From positions 682,001 through 746,000 of the forward strand of contig JBNJNM010000011.1 of the NCBI GenBank assembly GCA_052426225.1: 64,000 nt of DNA, read 5' to 3'. The notes under the pieces were generated by a model. It had not been told where the DNA came from and did not search any database. It saw only the letters and a program-made list of their open reading frames with translations. This document shows positions 23,618-35,452 of the stretch, in pieces (position 1 is the stretch's first letter; each line of letters starts with the position of its first letter). This DNA comes from Zancudomyces culisetae HAW-14-8 (lineage: Eukaryota > Fungi > Kickxellomycota). The position numbers and the translations under genes were made by a program.

Positions 23618-26600
23618 TTAGACAGATATCAACTTGATGGTATTCCCAGAAGCCACAGCTAAAACAGTGTACGAAAAGGAATGTGTAAGACCAGCGCTCT
23701 TTGAATCTGTATCGATGGGATTTTTGGGTCCGTGAGTGGTGGATTTCTGACTAGCATCGCTATTATACCCACGATATAAATTGGAAGTGTGATTTCTACC
23801 GCTGATACCACTGACATTGCTAACATTATCTGTATTTACGAGATTGCTGTTGTTTACACTAGTACTGGTGTTTAGAGGTGTAGTTGCATTTGCATTTGCA
23901 CTTGTATTCACAATGTTGTTAAAGTTGGAAATAGAATCGACATACCGAGAGTAGTCACGAGGGGTTCCACTTTGAACAAGCTTGATAGATTTGATAACAA
24001 CAAACGGAGTATTGGTATCAAAATGAAATCTATTAAATAGACTATCACGCAAAGAAGCACCCAAATTATTCGAGGCTGCAGGATTCATATTCGTAGCCAT
24101 AGAGTTGACAGACGGATGATCAGAAAGTGGATCAAACGAAGAATGGGAAGATATATCGTCAGCATGTGTTGTTGGCTCAACAAGGGGTGAAGAAGCGCTG
24201 TGGAGTTGGAGTTGGAGAGGAAGCGAGTCGAATAAAGGTGCAGGATTAAAGTCTATACAGATATCAGAGGCGGAATAAACAACAGTATTTGGAGGAGAAT
24301 ATTGCGTCAAAGGGTCGGTTTTGGATTGGTATTTGTAGTATGATGGTAGCTGAATTGAAAGGTTTAGAGGTAAGTTCATTGATAATATGTTGATTTTTTG
24401 AAGGTAGCTGGGGATAAACGAAGAAATGGATGGAGATATTAAGGGGTAGAAAGTCGAGGGTAGCAAAGCATTGCCATTATTATTATTGCCATTATTATTA
24501 CTGCTATCGTTACTATTACTATTACTGGTAGCGTCGGTACCAACATTACCATTACCATTACGATCACTATTGGTATTGGCATTAGTGTTACCTTGTTTGT
24601 CACCAGTCAAAGCCTGTGAGCATTTGTTTGTCAAAGAATCAATATTTTGATATTCAGGCTTTGTATACAACGTATTACCAAACAAAACAAACAAATCAAA
24701 TGTCCAAAGCTCCCAAGAAAATTGAGAGGTAGAACGGTAGCCTACTGCACTGTTACTACCTAAACTACCATTTTGAGCGCCACCAGCCTTAGAATTTTTG
24801 CTCCTAGATGAAGAGTCTCCTTTGCTACTAGATAATTCAAAGTCATTTGAAAGTCCAAGGTGGCCTAGTTCACCAAAAATATCGCTGTTGTTGGTCGCTT
24901 GAAAATAAATATCAGTATCGCCACGATCCAAGAAACCCCACCCCCTGATAATGTTGTAAATAGCTTCAATAAACTTAAACTTGGGCTGTTTCTTAAGATA
25001 CGATTCAATTTTTTGATAAACTATAAGTGACTTGATGATATTGAAAATGGTGCGGTATAGCAGCTTAAATAGCGCATAAAACCAGTACCGTACATCAGAG
25101 ACAGATAGACGCAGCAGTGGAGTCCAGTAAGATGCATCTTTTCTTGATGAGGAGCCAGTAGTACGCTCATTTGGTGAGACACCATCATCCCCTGTAGTGT
25201 TGGAATTCAATTTGGGTCTATTACTTTTGTGATTGTGTTTATATTTATTTTTGGATCGTGATAGTTCGGGACGGAACGAATCAACACCATTTTTGGTATC
25301 GTTCTTTCTGCGAACTCCCATCAGCAATCCTTTATTGGAATCTAATTCTATGTGAGTTGATCCAGTTTGCTTAATAAATGCAAGAAACGTGATTTTATCA
25401 ACAGAAATCGAATTCGAACATGTAGGTTTAGGCTCCGCAATGTGTGATGTGTTTAGACAAAAGATTCGTACAGAATAATCTTCGGCTGAAGAAGAAGCAA
25501 CGAATATCACATCTTCGTCATATCTAACCCGTTTTAAGCCTTTGAACGAATCAATGCCGTACCCATCGGATCCAAAGGGACTCCACACCTTAATTGATTG
25601 TATTTTTCCTGTATGTGGGTAATCGCTGCATACTTTGTTTTTGTATTGAATATCAGTGGCCTTAAAATCATTCAATTGTTCACCTTCGTCTTCATCAGTA
25701 TTGTGTTCTGCAAACGGTGGCCATATAAACGTGCAACTTTCTTCTGGGTCACAGTTGTCACTAAACTCTTCCAGTTCAAAGCTGAACTCCGGATTTTCTA
25801 CATCACAAACACACACTTCGCTGGTGCATTGATTTGAAAGGCTATGATTGAAGTAATCCGAATCTAATGTCCCAAACACTGGGTCCATTTCGCTGTAATG
25901 ATTAGTAAATGCTGTATTTGATACATAATCTACAAACTTTGAATTCATGTTCAATTCTTTCCCTACTGATAAGATACAGAGCCCATCTATACTTAGTCTG
26001 TTTGTATGTAAATTCAAATTTTGCAAATACACTGTGCCATCATGATAACCTGAGAATATAAATATCCCATTTCGATTTTCATAAATCTCAACCAGCGAAA
26101 CTGCCGAATTCACGATTCTCCCACTTCCAAAATATTCCAAAATCATTTCATTTTCAACTATTTTCCCCTCAATTGCTGTTATCGATCCACATGCATGACC
26201 TGTGACAATAAATGATGTGTTTTGGACAGTAGAAATTGTCGTAACTGCTCCAGCACCGTATTCATCCACATATCTGCATAGTACCTTCCGTTTTTTGACA
26301 TCCCATATCACCAACTCGCCACATGTTAGTCCTATCAACAGAACGAGTCTCAAATTTTCATTTGCGTCCTCATTAACATCCTCGGATGATGAGTCTCCTA
26401 TGCCAAACTCTGAAGTATTTGATTTGAAAGACGAACCCACGCCACCATCTCCACAATTTCCACTGCTATTTCCACTTGTGTTTGTGTTTATATTCGTATT
26501 CATATTTACATTTTTGCGTCTTTTCTTATTATTGTAGGTGTAAAATGTCGCCATACCATCCGATGTTAGCCCTAGGTATCCAAAACACAGGACTTTTGCC

Positions 26601-27859
26601 TTTTCGTCCAAGATGTTGTAGCTAGGAACCAATCCTTTACGAAACAAACTCTCATGGTCTCTTTGGAGATCTACAGCAAAATTTCGGGGCGTTGAATAAT
26701 TTGGCGCATCTACCTTATCGATCAGATACACAAGATTACTGGAATTGAGTTTGCTGCTATCACTAGTGTTGTATACCCCTATCTTTTGCGACTGTGAGAT
26801 GGCTGCCACGAATTCCGAATCGTTACTAAGAACACATGCTCCAACTATTTCCTCCTGAAATTTTTTTGGATCAACATATTTGATAGGAACACCAGACCTA
26901 CTAATTTGACTAAACACTGCCTCACCCATCTCTGTTTTGGAGGATTCTATAATACTTTGAACCAAACTCACACTAGAAAACCGTAATTCATCCAATCCAA
27001 ACGAACTGGGTTTCAATACATCTACACATGCACTCGAGATTGAACACAAATATCTTGTCGTTTTTTTCTGTGTCACTACCCTCTGGTATTCCATCTTTTT
27101 TCTATTCTTGGTCAAACTATTTTTTAACCGTATACTTGAAACGCTCTCTTCCGCACTTTCCCATTCCTGGTCTTTTTGCTTCTCCTTACTACTGCCATTA
27201 GCTGCCTCTTGTTTCTTCTGTACAATCGATTCAACACCTAGGCTCCTAAAATTCTTCATAGTTATTCTATCAACTCCAAGATCCCACCTAAGTATTGATC
27301 CATTTTCACTTATCACCACTATGTTTTTGTCACTTCCATCGCCTCCACCAATAGCTACACCCATTATATCCATTGTTAGCTCTTCGGCATTTAGACTGAT
27401 TTCAAATTCTATTTTTTTACTTAACCTGTCATATTCAATTGTACCAGGCTGTTTCTTCTCTCTGTAACTAAAAAAACTCTCAAGCCCTCTTCTTTGAATT
27501 GGAAGACCTTCATTCATCCCGAGCGCCTTGTTTTTCAAAATATTCTGGATCGTGCTAAATCTCATTTGTTGCGCTCCCGCCGCATTATTTTCCTTAACTC
27601 CCTCTCCTTCGATCGACTTTAAATTTGTGCTAGACTGTTCATTAAAGTCTGTGGTCGCCATGAAATTCGCTTGCTCCGCTGTATTTACCAAAGCATCTTT
27701 TGAACTGATTCCCAATTTTGCGAAATTTCCAATATTTTTCAGTGCATATGTGCTCCAAGCAAACTTGAGTATCTCTCGAATAACCAACCCAATCAGAATT
27801 AGGCCTAATATTACTTTTAGAACCAGTAAAAGATTAATCGTCAATAATTCAAAATTCAT
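23618..27859 (-). CDS. SCAP-like WD40/beta-propeller protein with an N-terminal membrane anchor and no sterol-sensing domain
   Basis: WD-like strands (IGLTCGELVIWD, VTGHACGSI, FSGYHDGTV). C-terminal LMGVRRK, WELWTFD, PFVVI and AVASGNTIKLI resemble my recollection of fungal SCAP C-termini. Confidence 0.55.
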   Translation of the reverse strand: MNFELLTINLLLVLKVILGLILIGLVIREILKFAWSTYALKNIGNFAKLGISSKDALVNTAEQANFMATTDFNEQSSTNLKSIEGEGVKENNAAGAQQMRFSTIQNILKNKALGMNEGLPIQRRGLESFFSYREKKQPGTIEYDRLSKKIEFEISLNAEELTMDIMGVAIGGGDGSDKNIVVISENGSILRWDLGVDRITMKNFRSLGVESIVQKKQEAANGSSKEKQKDQEWESAEESVSSIRLKNSLTKNRKKMEYQRVVTQKKTTRYLCSISSACVDVLKPSSFGLDELRFSSVSLVQSIIESSKTEMGEAVFSQISRSGVPIKYVDPKKFQEEIVGACVLSNDSEFVAAISQSQKIGVYNTSDSSKLNSSNLVYLIDKVDAPNYSTPRNFAVDLQRDHESLFRKGLVPSYNILDEKAKVLCFGYLGLTSDGMATFYTYNNKKRRKNVNMNTNINTNTSGNSSGNCGDGGVGSSFKSNTSEFGIGDSSSEDVNEDANENLRLVLLIGLTCGELVIWDVKKRKVLCRYVDEYGAGAVTTISTVQNTSFIVTGHACGSITAIEGKIVENEMILEYFGSGRIVNSAVSLVEIYENRNGIFIFSGYHDGTVYLQNLNLHTNRLSIDGLCILSVGKELNMNSKFVDYVSNTAFTNHYSEMDPVFGTLDSDYFNHSLSNQCTSEVCVCDVENPEFSFELEEFSDNCDPEESCTFIWPPFAEHNTDEDEGEQLNDFKATDIQYKNKVCSDYPHTGKIQSIKVWSPFGSDGYGIDSFKGLKRVRYDEDVIFVASSSAEDYSVRIFCLNTSHIAEPKPTCSNSISVDKITFLAFIKQTGSTHIELDSNKGLLMGVRRKNDTKNGVDSFRPELSRSKNKYKHNHKSNRPKLNSNTTGDDGVSPNERTTGSSSRKDASYWTPLLRLSVSDVRYWFYALFKLLYRTIFNIIKSLIVYQKIESYLKKQPKFKFIEAIYNIIRGWGFLDRGDTDIYFQATNNSDIFGELGHLGLSNDFELSSSKGDSSSRSKNSKAGGAQNGSLGSNSAVGYRSTSQFSWELWTFDLFVLFGNTLYTKPEYQNIDSLTNKCSQALTGDKQGNTNANTNSDRNGNGNVGTDATSNSNSNDSSNNNGNNNNGNALLPSTFYPLISPSISSFIPSYLQKINILSMNLPLNLSIQLPSYYKYQSKTDPLTQYSPPNTVVYSASDICIDFNPAPLFDSLPLQLQLHSASSPLVEPTTHADDISSHSSFDPLSDHPSVNSMATNMNPAASNNLGASLRDSLFNRFHFDTNTPFVVIKSIKLVQSGTPRDYSRYVDSISNFNNIVNTSANANATTPLNTSTSVNNSNLVNTDNVSNVSGISGRNHTSNLYRGYNSDASQKSTTHGPKNPIDTDSKSAGLTHSFSYTVLAVASGNTIKLISV

Positions 27860-28299
27860 GATTTATAGAGTTTATCAAATTTAGTCCATTCTATTATAAA
27901 CATACATGTTTTTTACTTTATATATTAATACTTGGAAGAAAAAAGTAAGGAATTTCCATTAATTTTCAATATTTTATACACTAATTGAAATGGGAGTTTT
28001 TTTTGCATGTGATTGTATTTCTATAAAATTAGCAGCCTGTTAACAGGAAAAATAAAAATAAATGAATTTTTCAATCTGAGGATGTGAAAGTGGGAGATCG
28101 ATGGCTAACGTAATTATTATTTTTTGTGGTTCTTGAGTATATGTGATGAAAGTTTATTTAGGTTAATCGTAACTTGATGAAAAAATAACATTAAAAAATA
28201 AAAGCAAACAGCAAAGTTATTCTGATTTTATAGATGGTAAATTTTTTTGGTCTGGTTTGGTCTTATATTTATTTCTTAGCTTTTCGGTATCAGGCATTT

Positions 28300-29400
28300 C
28301 CCTCGAATATTTTAATTCAAAGTCCAGAATCTTTTGATCAACCAAGCTGTTATATTCTTGAGAGATTTTATATTTTTCAAGATGTAGCTGAAATTTGAAT
28401 TTCTCCGGTTCAAGATTTATCCACTTGTAAGCAATGATAAAAGTTATATCATCGCTGTAATAAAATGAAACTTCAAAATCTTTTCCATTATCAAAGCTAT
28501 TATATCGATGAAGGTTGACATTACTGTTGGACTAGATATAGATAGAAAAATGATACTAGTTAGCAATATCGTGGTTGATGATGGTCTTTTTATACTTGAA
28601 GCGGTTGCCATATTCAATACCGGTGAAGTCTCATTTCAGTTGTATTAATACTCTATACTTGTTTTTCTAAGTATCATAAACAAATTCTAAAGGTATAATT
28701 TCAATAATAATGGTTTTTATTCACCTATACAAAGGTTAATAATCCTTTCAAAAGAAATGTAGTCAAATCAACATCAATAGATTATTTGCTATTTATATAA
28801 TATATTTATAAAGCAAAGAAAATCAACAAGATCAATAAATATTTATACGAACACTTTGTGCGTTGAATAAGAAAATGATTGGATCTGGTAGGAAAAAATA
28901 AATATAATATATGTTTTCAAAGCGATGTTACAAAGGTAGTATAGTTGTTTAGATTGTGTTTATTAATATGTACCAGGAAAGTGAAAGTTTAGCATTAGTA
29001 AATTATTCATCAAAGACAGTTTCATTCTTTTGCTAATGTTAAATGAAGTGAAAAGTAAAAGCATACTTGATTACTTGATTACTAGATTTATTTTTCAGAC
29101 AGTGGTCTCGCATTTCAAATACCAATACTACAGTTTGGTGTAACTTAATGATGAATACATAATATCATTGTAAATGTTTCCTTTTGTTGAAATTTAAATA
29201 ATAAATTCCATTGAATATAGTTATAAATTGGTATTATGCTGTGGTTTTGATAACTTGAAAGCCAAAACAGTTTAGTTGTAAAATCCAGCGGATTTTTTAT
29301 ATAAATAAACAAAAAATAAATAACAAACAATGCTATGTGTTCAGCTCCATTGTAGCTACAAGTCCTAAAGCCTAGTTCAACAGCTACTACAGATGGTTAT
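28300..29400 (-). pseudogene. Decayed gene of unknown family, copy A (paralog of 40800-41890)
   Basis: Collinear similarity to copy B. Fragments KLSLMNNLLMLNF, NNYTTFVTSL*KHI, FTGIEYGNRFKYKKTIINHD with stops and frameshifts. Confidence 0.6.
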
Positions 29401-30763
29401 ACCCTACTAACTTATTTTTTTTACGAGTTTACGAAATTTATTCCTTTGTCCCTTATTTACAATTGCTACTAAATAAAGAACCATTTGCTTTGTATAAAAC
29501 AATATAGTTCTTGTAATGTAACACATTTTTTTACGTCAAATAGCTAAAAAACAACATATATAATATTATTGCTCTAGAGTTCATGCAAACATTCAGTTAC
29601 CGATATGAGTAATTTTAAACCAAAAAATAATTGGCTTTTTGGTATGATTCTATATGCTTAATTTATGCTCATACTCGGGTTCTGTCATACTGTTTTTACA
29701 TTACCAATTTATTTATTATTACATTCAACAGGGTTTAGCTCAATATAGCAGTTGTTGTTAAGCACTACTGGAAAGAGAAAACTCACCATCTAGCGCTCTA
29801 TTTACCATCGATTCAAATAGTCTTTAAAAAAAGTACTTTATACTTCATTTGAAGATCACAAAAATTTCTATACCTCTTTTCTAGATTATGACCTTGAAAC
29901 CACCAATATGCTTTTGACCCTACTAAGTTATGATTTTCTTTATCGCTCTTTTTAACATTTATTTTTTATTCCTTTAAATTGTTTTATTGAACGATATTAG
30001 ACTACCCTACCCAAGTGTTATAATTCAACTTTCCCTTCAACTTTAAATATTGATTTTCCGAAAATGCTAGAAACTGATCTAGCCAAAATTAATATTGAAT
30101 TGTTGCATATTATGTTGTAGGTCTTGGGCAATCGCTTAATTTTCGCAAAATTGGCTGGAGTGTATTGATGTAGCCTCCAATACTTTTACACGAACAACTA
30201 TGGTATCCGAGAGTAGGAAAAGGGGATTGAGTCGAGTGGAATAGATGATCATATATACAAATTGTCATTTTTCAAGTTGAGTAGCGACTATACCTATTAA
30301 ATTTTGTATATGAACTTGTTCATGATGCCTTTTTCCCTACTTTTTCTTTTATAAAAATATATTTCTTCGGATACTTTTAACAATAATAGTTAACTAAATA
30401 AACACACCTCTTACTTTGAAATAATAACCCTTAAAGTATTGACTCGTTAGTATGAACATCAATTTTGAAACTGGTCATATTATGCGGTAATCAACATATA
30501 CTTTTCAAACAGAATGTTAATGTGTATAAACTGTTAACTGTTATTTAAAATAATAGACATAAATCAAACAGATACGTAGGTGGTCAGAAAATAAATCAAC
30601 AATACCAGATTCAGCTATGAACCCTAGTAAATATACATATTTGATCTCCAATAAAATAGAATTAATCAACTCTAAACCTACAGTCACTACTCAATAACTA
30701 CTCTGTAGCTATGAATACAATACACCATTTATATACAAACTGAAATTTAGGAGCAAAGAAAAG

Positions 30764-30779
30764 AGTATAAAAGGTTCAA
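30764..30779 (+). promoter_or_regulatory. TATA-containing motif AGTATAAAAGGTTCAA upstream of secreted protein 1
   Basis: Shared with 34139-34154 (-) and 35437-35452 (+). Confidence 0.7.
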
Positions 30780-30877
30780 GTTTTTTTGTATAACTCATTT
30801 CTCTACACTCCAAAAGTATTTAGAACTTTATCCTAGATAAAAACAAATTAGACTTGGAAAAACTCAAAAAAGTAAAA

Positions 30878-31377
30878 ATGGTGAACACTCTGTTGACAAG
30901 CGCACTTTTGATTTCCTCAAAGCTTGTGGCTGGTGCTAACATCTCAGATGGTCAAATTGCCAATGCCAATGCCAATGCCAATGCCACCATTGCAGGTGCC
31001 CAGGCGGCTAATGCAGACAAAAAAACGGACTACAAACTCGAACACTGTGGTTGTCGTCATCATTATGATTATGATTATGATCATCACCATCATCATCACC
31101 ATCACAAGAGTATGAATATCGAAATGTTTAATACAGACCATTATAGAAATGAAATTGGCTCCAAAACAATTCATCCAGGTAGGTGCTACCATTTGCCTAA
31201 TATTGATTCATGTAGGCTTGATGGTGGTGCGCCTGGTGAAGGAACAGTAAAGTTCTGCACCGGACACAACTGAATGGTAGATGACATGCCTCATCTAGGC
31301 GAACTTGGTTATACCCAGGAAATATGCAGTATGATATTGGAGGTCGTGCAAACTCAGTTTACTGGTCCATTCCATAA
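30878..31377 (+). pseudogene. Small secreted betagamma-crystallin-like protein 1 with His-rich linker; interrupted by TGA, a -1 frameshift and a second TGA
   Basis: Signal peptide MVNTLLTSALLISSKLVAG. Reads ...GRCYHL..KFCTGHN(TGA 31271), then in the -1 frame NGR(TGA 31282)HASSRRTWLYPGNMQYDIGGRANSVYWSIP-TAA 31377, which aligns with the paralog C-termini. Confidence 0.7.
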
Positions 31378-31799
31378 ATTGGCAACGGTTAGGCACGCTT
31401 TGTTTAGAATTGATTCGGGTTGTGTAGTAGAGTTTCGCTTCCTTTATTATTTTTTTAGATTTAGATACATGATTTTAATCCAGTACTAGAATCAAATTTA
31501 GGCAAATAAAACTGTATTAGTGATTGATGTTGGAGTAAATACGTATAAAATATATTTTTATACTATACCAAAACAGAATATGTTGGAGTGGAGTATAGAA
31601 AACTGGAAAAATAGTTATACAAACCACTCAATCCTAGCTTTTCAGTAATGAAGAAACAAACGAAGAATTGAACATACTCCTACCTAGTTATTACTCGTGA
31701 TATTATCTTTCTTGCCCTTAGTTTTAATTTTAGTCTTTATTCTTCACCTTTTTTCATTATTTTATGCATTTATATATTAACACTTTTTTTTCTTATATT

Positions 31800-32600
31800 T
31801 ACACAAGCAATATGTCAAAAACAAATAATTTAAGTCCAAGTATATCTTAATTTAATCTAGGGAAATGCCAATGGGTTATTGAGCCCAGGATTTGTTTAGA
31901 ATTTTCATGTATTTTCGAAAATTGTTTATTAAAAACCATGTACTATTCAATTTCCTCTAGCTAAACGTGACTCTTTTTCACTAGTTACTCTTATGTGTTA
32001 AAAGAACAGCAGGATTGATCTTGTAAACCATTTTTATTATTAGGTACTTTCAATACCTATAAGTATAGTAATCCCTTGAGTGTCTGTATCTGAAATTAAA
32101 GTATAGACCTAATATAAGCTGTTTTGAACTGATGTTGTAGATTTGAATATGGATTTTACAATGGGCTACCCCAAGGTTAAGTGTAAACTCATTTTCGAGT
32201 ACCTGTTTAAATTATGGTGCTTTTCCCCATTGATTGTGCTGTGATCTTGATTTTTATTTAGGTGAATTATGGTTTTGAGCAATTTTCTAATGTGTTCATT
32301 TCTTTTTCTTATATTACTGTTATTTCCCAAAATTCTTCTTTTTGTTAGTCATGAATTTTGAAATGTAACTTGCTGTGAAGTTGATATTACTATAATTGAA
32401 ACAACTATTTAGACCATCAGTACCTAAATATATAAGAAATGCCCATATTCAATGAATTTTGCGTATGAATGAAAATCTCATTATTTTGACTATTTTTTAG
32501 ATGAAGTTTCATGAAATTTGTTAGAATATCTAACCCATATGGGCTTTCAATAAAACGACCCGAATCCACATGTATTATTTTGGGTTTCTTTCAAACATTT
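31800..32600 (-). mobile_element. Degenerate non-LTR (LINE-like) reverse transcriptase relic
   Basis: Motifs in the expected order across stops and frameshifts: TCGFG (QxGFR), INFTASY..KEEFWEI (IDFxKAYD..W), KLLKTIIHLNKNQ..TINGEK, EFTLNLGV (GVxQG), QGITI, ILLFF*HIRVTSEKESRL (LLFADD), ILGLK (KYLG). Confidence 0.55.
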
Positions 32601-33602
32601 ATGACTCTAAACCTGAAAATGAGGTTATTTAGTGATTAGAAACCTTCTACTTTAGTTCTCAAAGATAAAAAAATACTGCTAACGTTAATCTGAGGTTCTG
32701 AACTTAATAATTTTTCATACTAAAGATATAGTCATCAAGTATGTAAGAATGAACAGATTAATTCAACTGTGAATTTAACATCTAAAGTCGGTAAATACCA
32801 AACTGTATGCATCACATGTATTAATATGCCATTAAAGTATATAGCAGAATATAATGACGATTACAAACTTACTTTAATAATCTATAACATGGACACACTC
32901 TATTTTAACCAACATAAGGAGTTTATTACACTTTTACTTGTAAATAATCTTTAATTAAATCATTCTAATCAAGAGTTATGAATATAAATAGAATGATTAT
33001 TAAATTGGATGTACTATCTCCATTTATAGGTTATTCTCTGAAGGTTTTCCTCTCTTTCTAGTTTTGCCAGTGCTCTGTTTCAACACTTTAAAGATTAAAA
33101 ATAAAATGAAATTTATCACGAACATTTTGTGTAAATCACTTGACTAGTTTATATTGTACAATAATGCGATTATTGACGATAAAATGTTCTATATCTTCTT
33201 TAAAAGTATCTAGAATGCTCAAGTTGAAAAATTATCAATGTGGACATACTTATTCTTGATCATATGCGATGGTTTCCCACATATTCATTTAAAATTAGGC
33301 TGGTATTCTTACGAAGGGATTGCTAAATCGTTTATTTTAATTTAAATAACTCTATCATCAAAAATTTCCTCAAAAACAAAAAAATAGGAATAACAGCATA
33401 TCCAAGGAACAAAGTTTCTATATTTACAGAAAACCTCAACTTTTCCTAGAACACAAACCTTTGAACATTTTTTTTATTTAGTTACACTTGCTTTCTAGCA
33501 TTTCTTTCCACTTGATTTATTTTGTTTTGGGTACTAAATAAACACTAATAGGAAAATAAAAAACAGTTAAACCAGTGTTATGATCTCATAAACTTAGGGA
33601 TA

Positions 33603-34049
33603 TTATACAACCCAAGAATAAGATATTGCCCAACGACTACCAAAAATATTCCATAATTCATTAATCGAACTTCCTAGGCTCATGTTATAGATATAGCAGA
33701 GACCTCCACAGTTGGCTTCAGTGCAGGCGATGAATGCGCCTTTGTTGATATACGGACCGCTCATTTTTACAGCTGCAAAAATAGGTGACGGGTAGCATAT
33801 ATTTGGTTTGATATTGAAGGTACCTCGATGATTACTAACCTCATTTCCGACAGCGAGTGGATCATAAAGGCCGGAACCCGTACTGAATAAGTCAACCACC
33901 ATAAAGTCTTTGGGTGACATCGAATTTGTAGTAAGTTCTAGATCCCTGTTTTCATCCACAGTTTGCAAAGTTTGGTTTTGTGCACTTTGTGGAAAGGCTG
34001 AGCTAAGTACAAGAATGCTGAAAATGCTGAGAATTGCTGACTTGACCAT
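33603..34049 (-). CDS. Small secreted betagamma-crystallin-like cysteine protein 2
   Basis: Signal peptide MVKSAILSIFSILVLSSA/FP; PNICY, GAFIACTEANCGGLC, terminal ISYSW. Confidence 0.8.
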   Translation of the reverse strand: MVKSAILSIFSILVLSSAFPQSAQNQTLQTVDENRDLELTTNSMSPKDFMVVDLFSTGSGLYDPLAVGNEVSNHRGTFNIKPNICYPSPIFAAVKMSGPYINKGAFIACTEANCGGLCYIYNMSLGSSINELWNIFGSRWAISYSWVV

Positions 34050-34138
34050 TTTTGGTTTTTTTTTTCTTGTTCAATGCTAATACGAAATGTTAGATTATTA
34101 TTGAATGCGATGTAGTTTCTTTCAACTTCAAAAAAAAG

Positions 34139-34154
34139 TTGCACCTTTTATACT
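34139..34154 (-). promoter_or_regulatory. Motif AGTATAAAAGGTGCAA upstream of secreted protein 2
   Basis: 15/16 identical to 30764-30779; about 90 bp before the ATG. Confidence 0.7.
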
Positions 34155-35436
34155 TTTTGTAGACTAAGGGGATATGTACCTAACCATAATATTAAAAAAT
34201 ACGCTTAAAAAATCGGATTATGACTATGACTTGGTATTAACATTGCTATATCCCGCTTATACGAGTACAGCTGTCTGTGTGAACTACTGTAAATCTTTAA
34301 TCTTATGTAATTTATAGATACTCGATATTATTGATTTACCAATTATAATGGAACTAGGATAGCTAACATCAGTATAGATGAGTCTATATTTAGTAAATTT
34401 ATATATAATAATATGTGTAGCGACCGACAGCTAATTATAGATTTTTATAAAAGTATAGTAAACTAAGACTATCTGCGAGTAACATCAACATATGAATATA
34501 TCACGTTGTGTGATATATTACACTGTGATTTAGATAATGAGTCTATCACTAAGTTTATTAATAGCAAAATGCCTTTGAATAACTCATTAGTGTAAGTTCT
34601 GTCCTCCTAGAGGCTAGAACTTTAAAATTGCTACTCGCCTTTTACAATGCTTTTTGGTCTTGCTTGGTATGTGATGTATTCTTAGGGGAGAGGTCTAAAA
34701 ACGTAATTTTAGGTTAACAACAAATTTGTAATTATTACCAAACTAATAAAAAAATCAATAATTGCCTCTTGTCGGGAAGAACTGAGCTAAGTAGCTTTTC
34801 TTGAAATTGCAGGAACGGATCATTTTGTCGATTTTACAGCTTTTCCAAGAACACCTAATGGTATGTGGATTTATTTTTCTCTTTTTAATGAGAATTTTGT
34901 GGAATAGTGTTATTTTTAGACAAACTTAAAATGTCGCTCTAAATCAATCTTCTCAAGTAGTAAATCGATTTTGAATGTGATATTTTGTATTTTGATTACA
35001 TAATCTTATTACTTGTTGGGATTAAACGCTCTTAAACTATCGGAACTGCGAAATGAAAAAATCGGAACAGAGTTAGTGTTGATTAGGTAATAATTACAAA
35101 TTTTTTTCAATCTACCAGTAACGATAGTGTATACTCAAAAGTAGAAAAAATTGCTTAACAATCTTATAAAGTACACTTGTTCTAGTAAATCACCACAATG
35201 TGTCTAAAAGATACAAAAAAGTTATCAAAGGTTAAAATTAGAAGCTATATACTACAAAGTTGTCAAAATATATCACATCCTAGTACATTGACTTTCAATC
35301 CGATGTTCTTGGTTGCTGAGCTGCTCTTCACCTCTCTAAAATTAGAATGCTGTTACAAAGTAGTTAAAAATAACACAGTTAGATATCATTAATACAAGCT
35401 AAAGATAGTTATAGAAAAAAATTTATGATGAGGAAA

Positions 35437-35452
35437 AGTATGAAAGGTTCAA
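35437..35452 (+). promoter_or_regulatory. Motif AGTATGAAAGGTTCAA upstream of secreted protein 3
   Basis: 15/16 identical to 30764-30779; about 157 bp before the ATG. Confidence 0.65.

Noticed and set aside
31274-31489. ORF continuing in frame after TGA 31271 (simple readthrough)
   Set aside because: Homology to the paralogs continues in the -1 frame, not this one.
34590-34715. U5-like loop GCCTTTTAC with downstream GGAGAGG and an Sm-like site
   Set aside because: The stem closing loop I cannot form.
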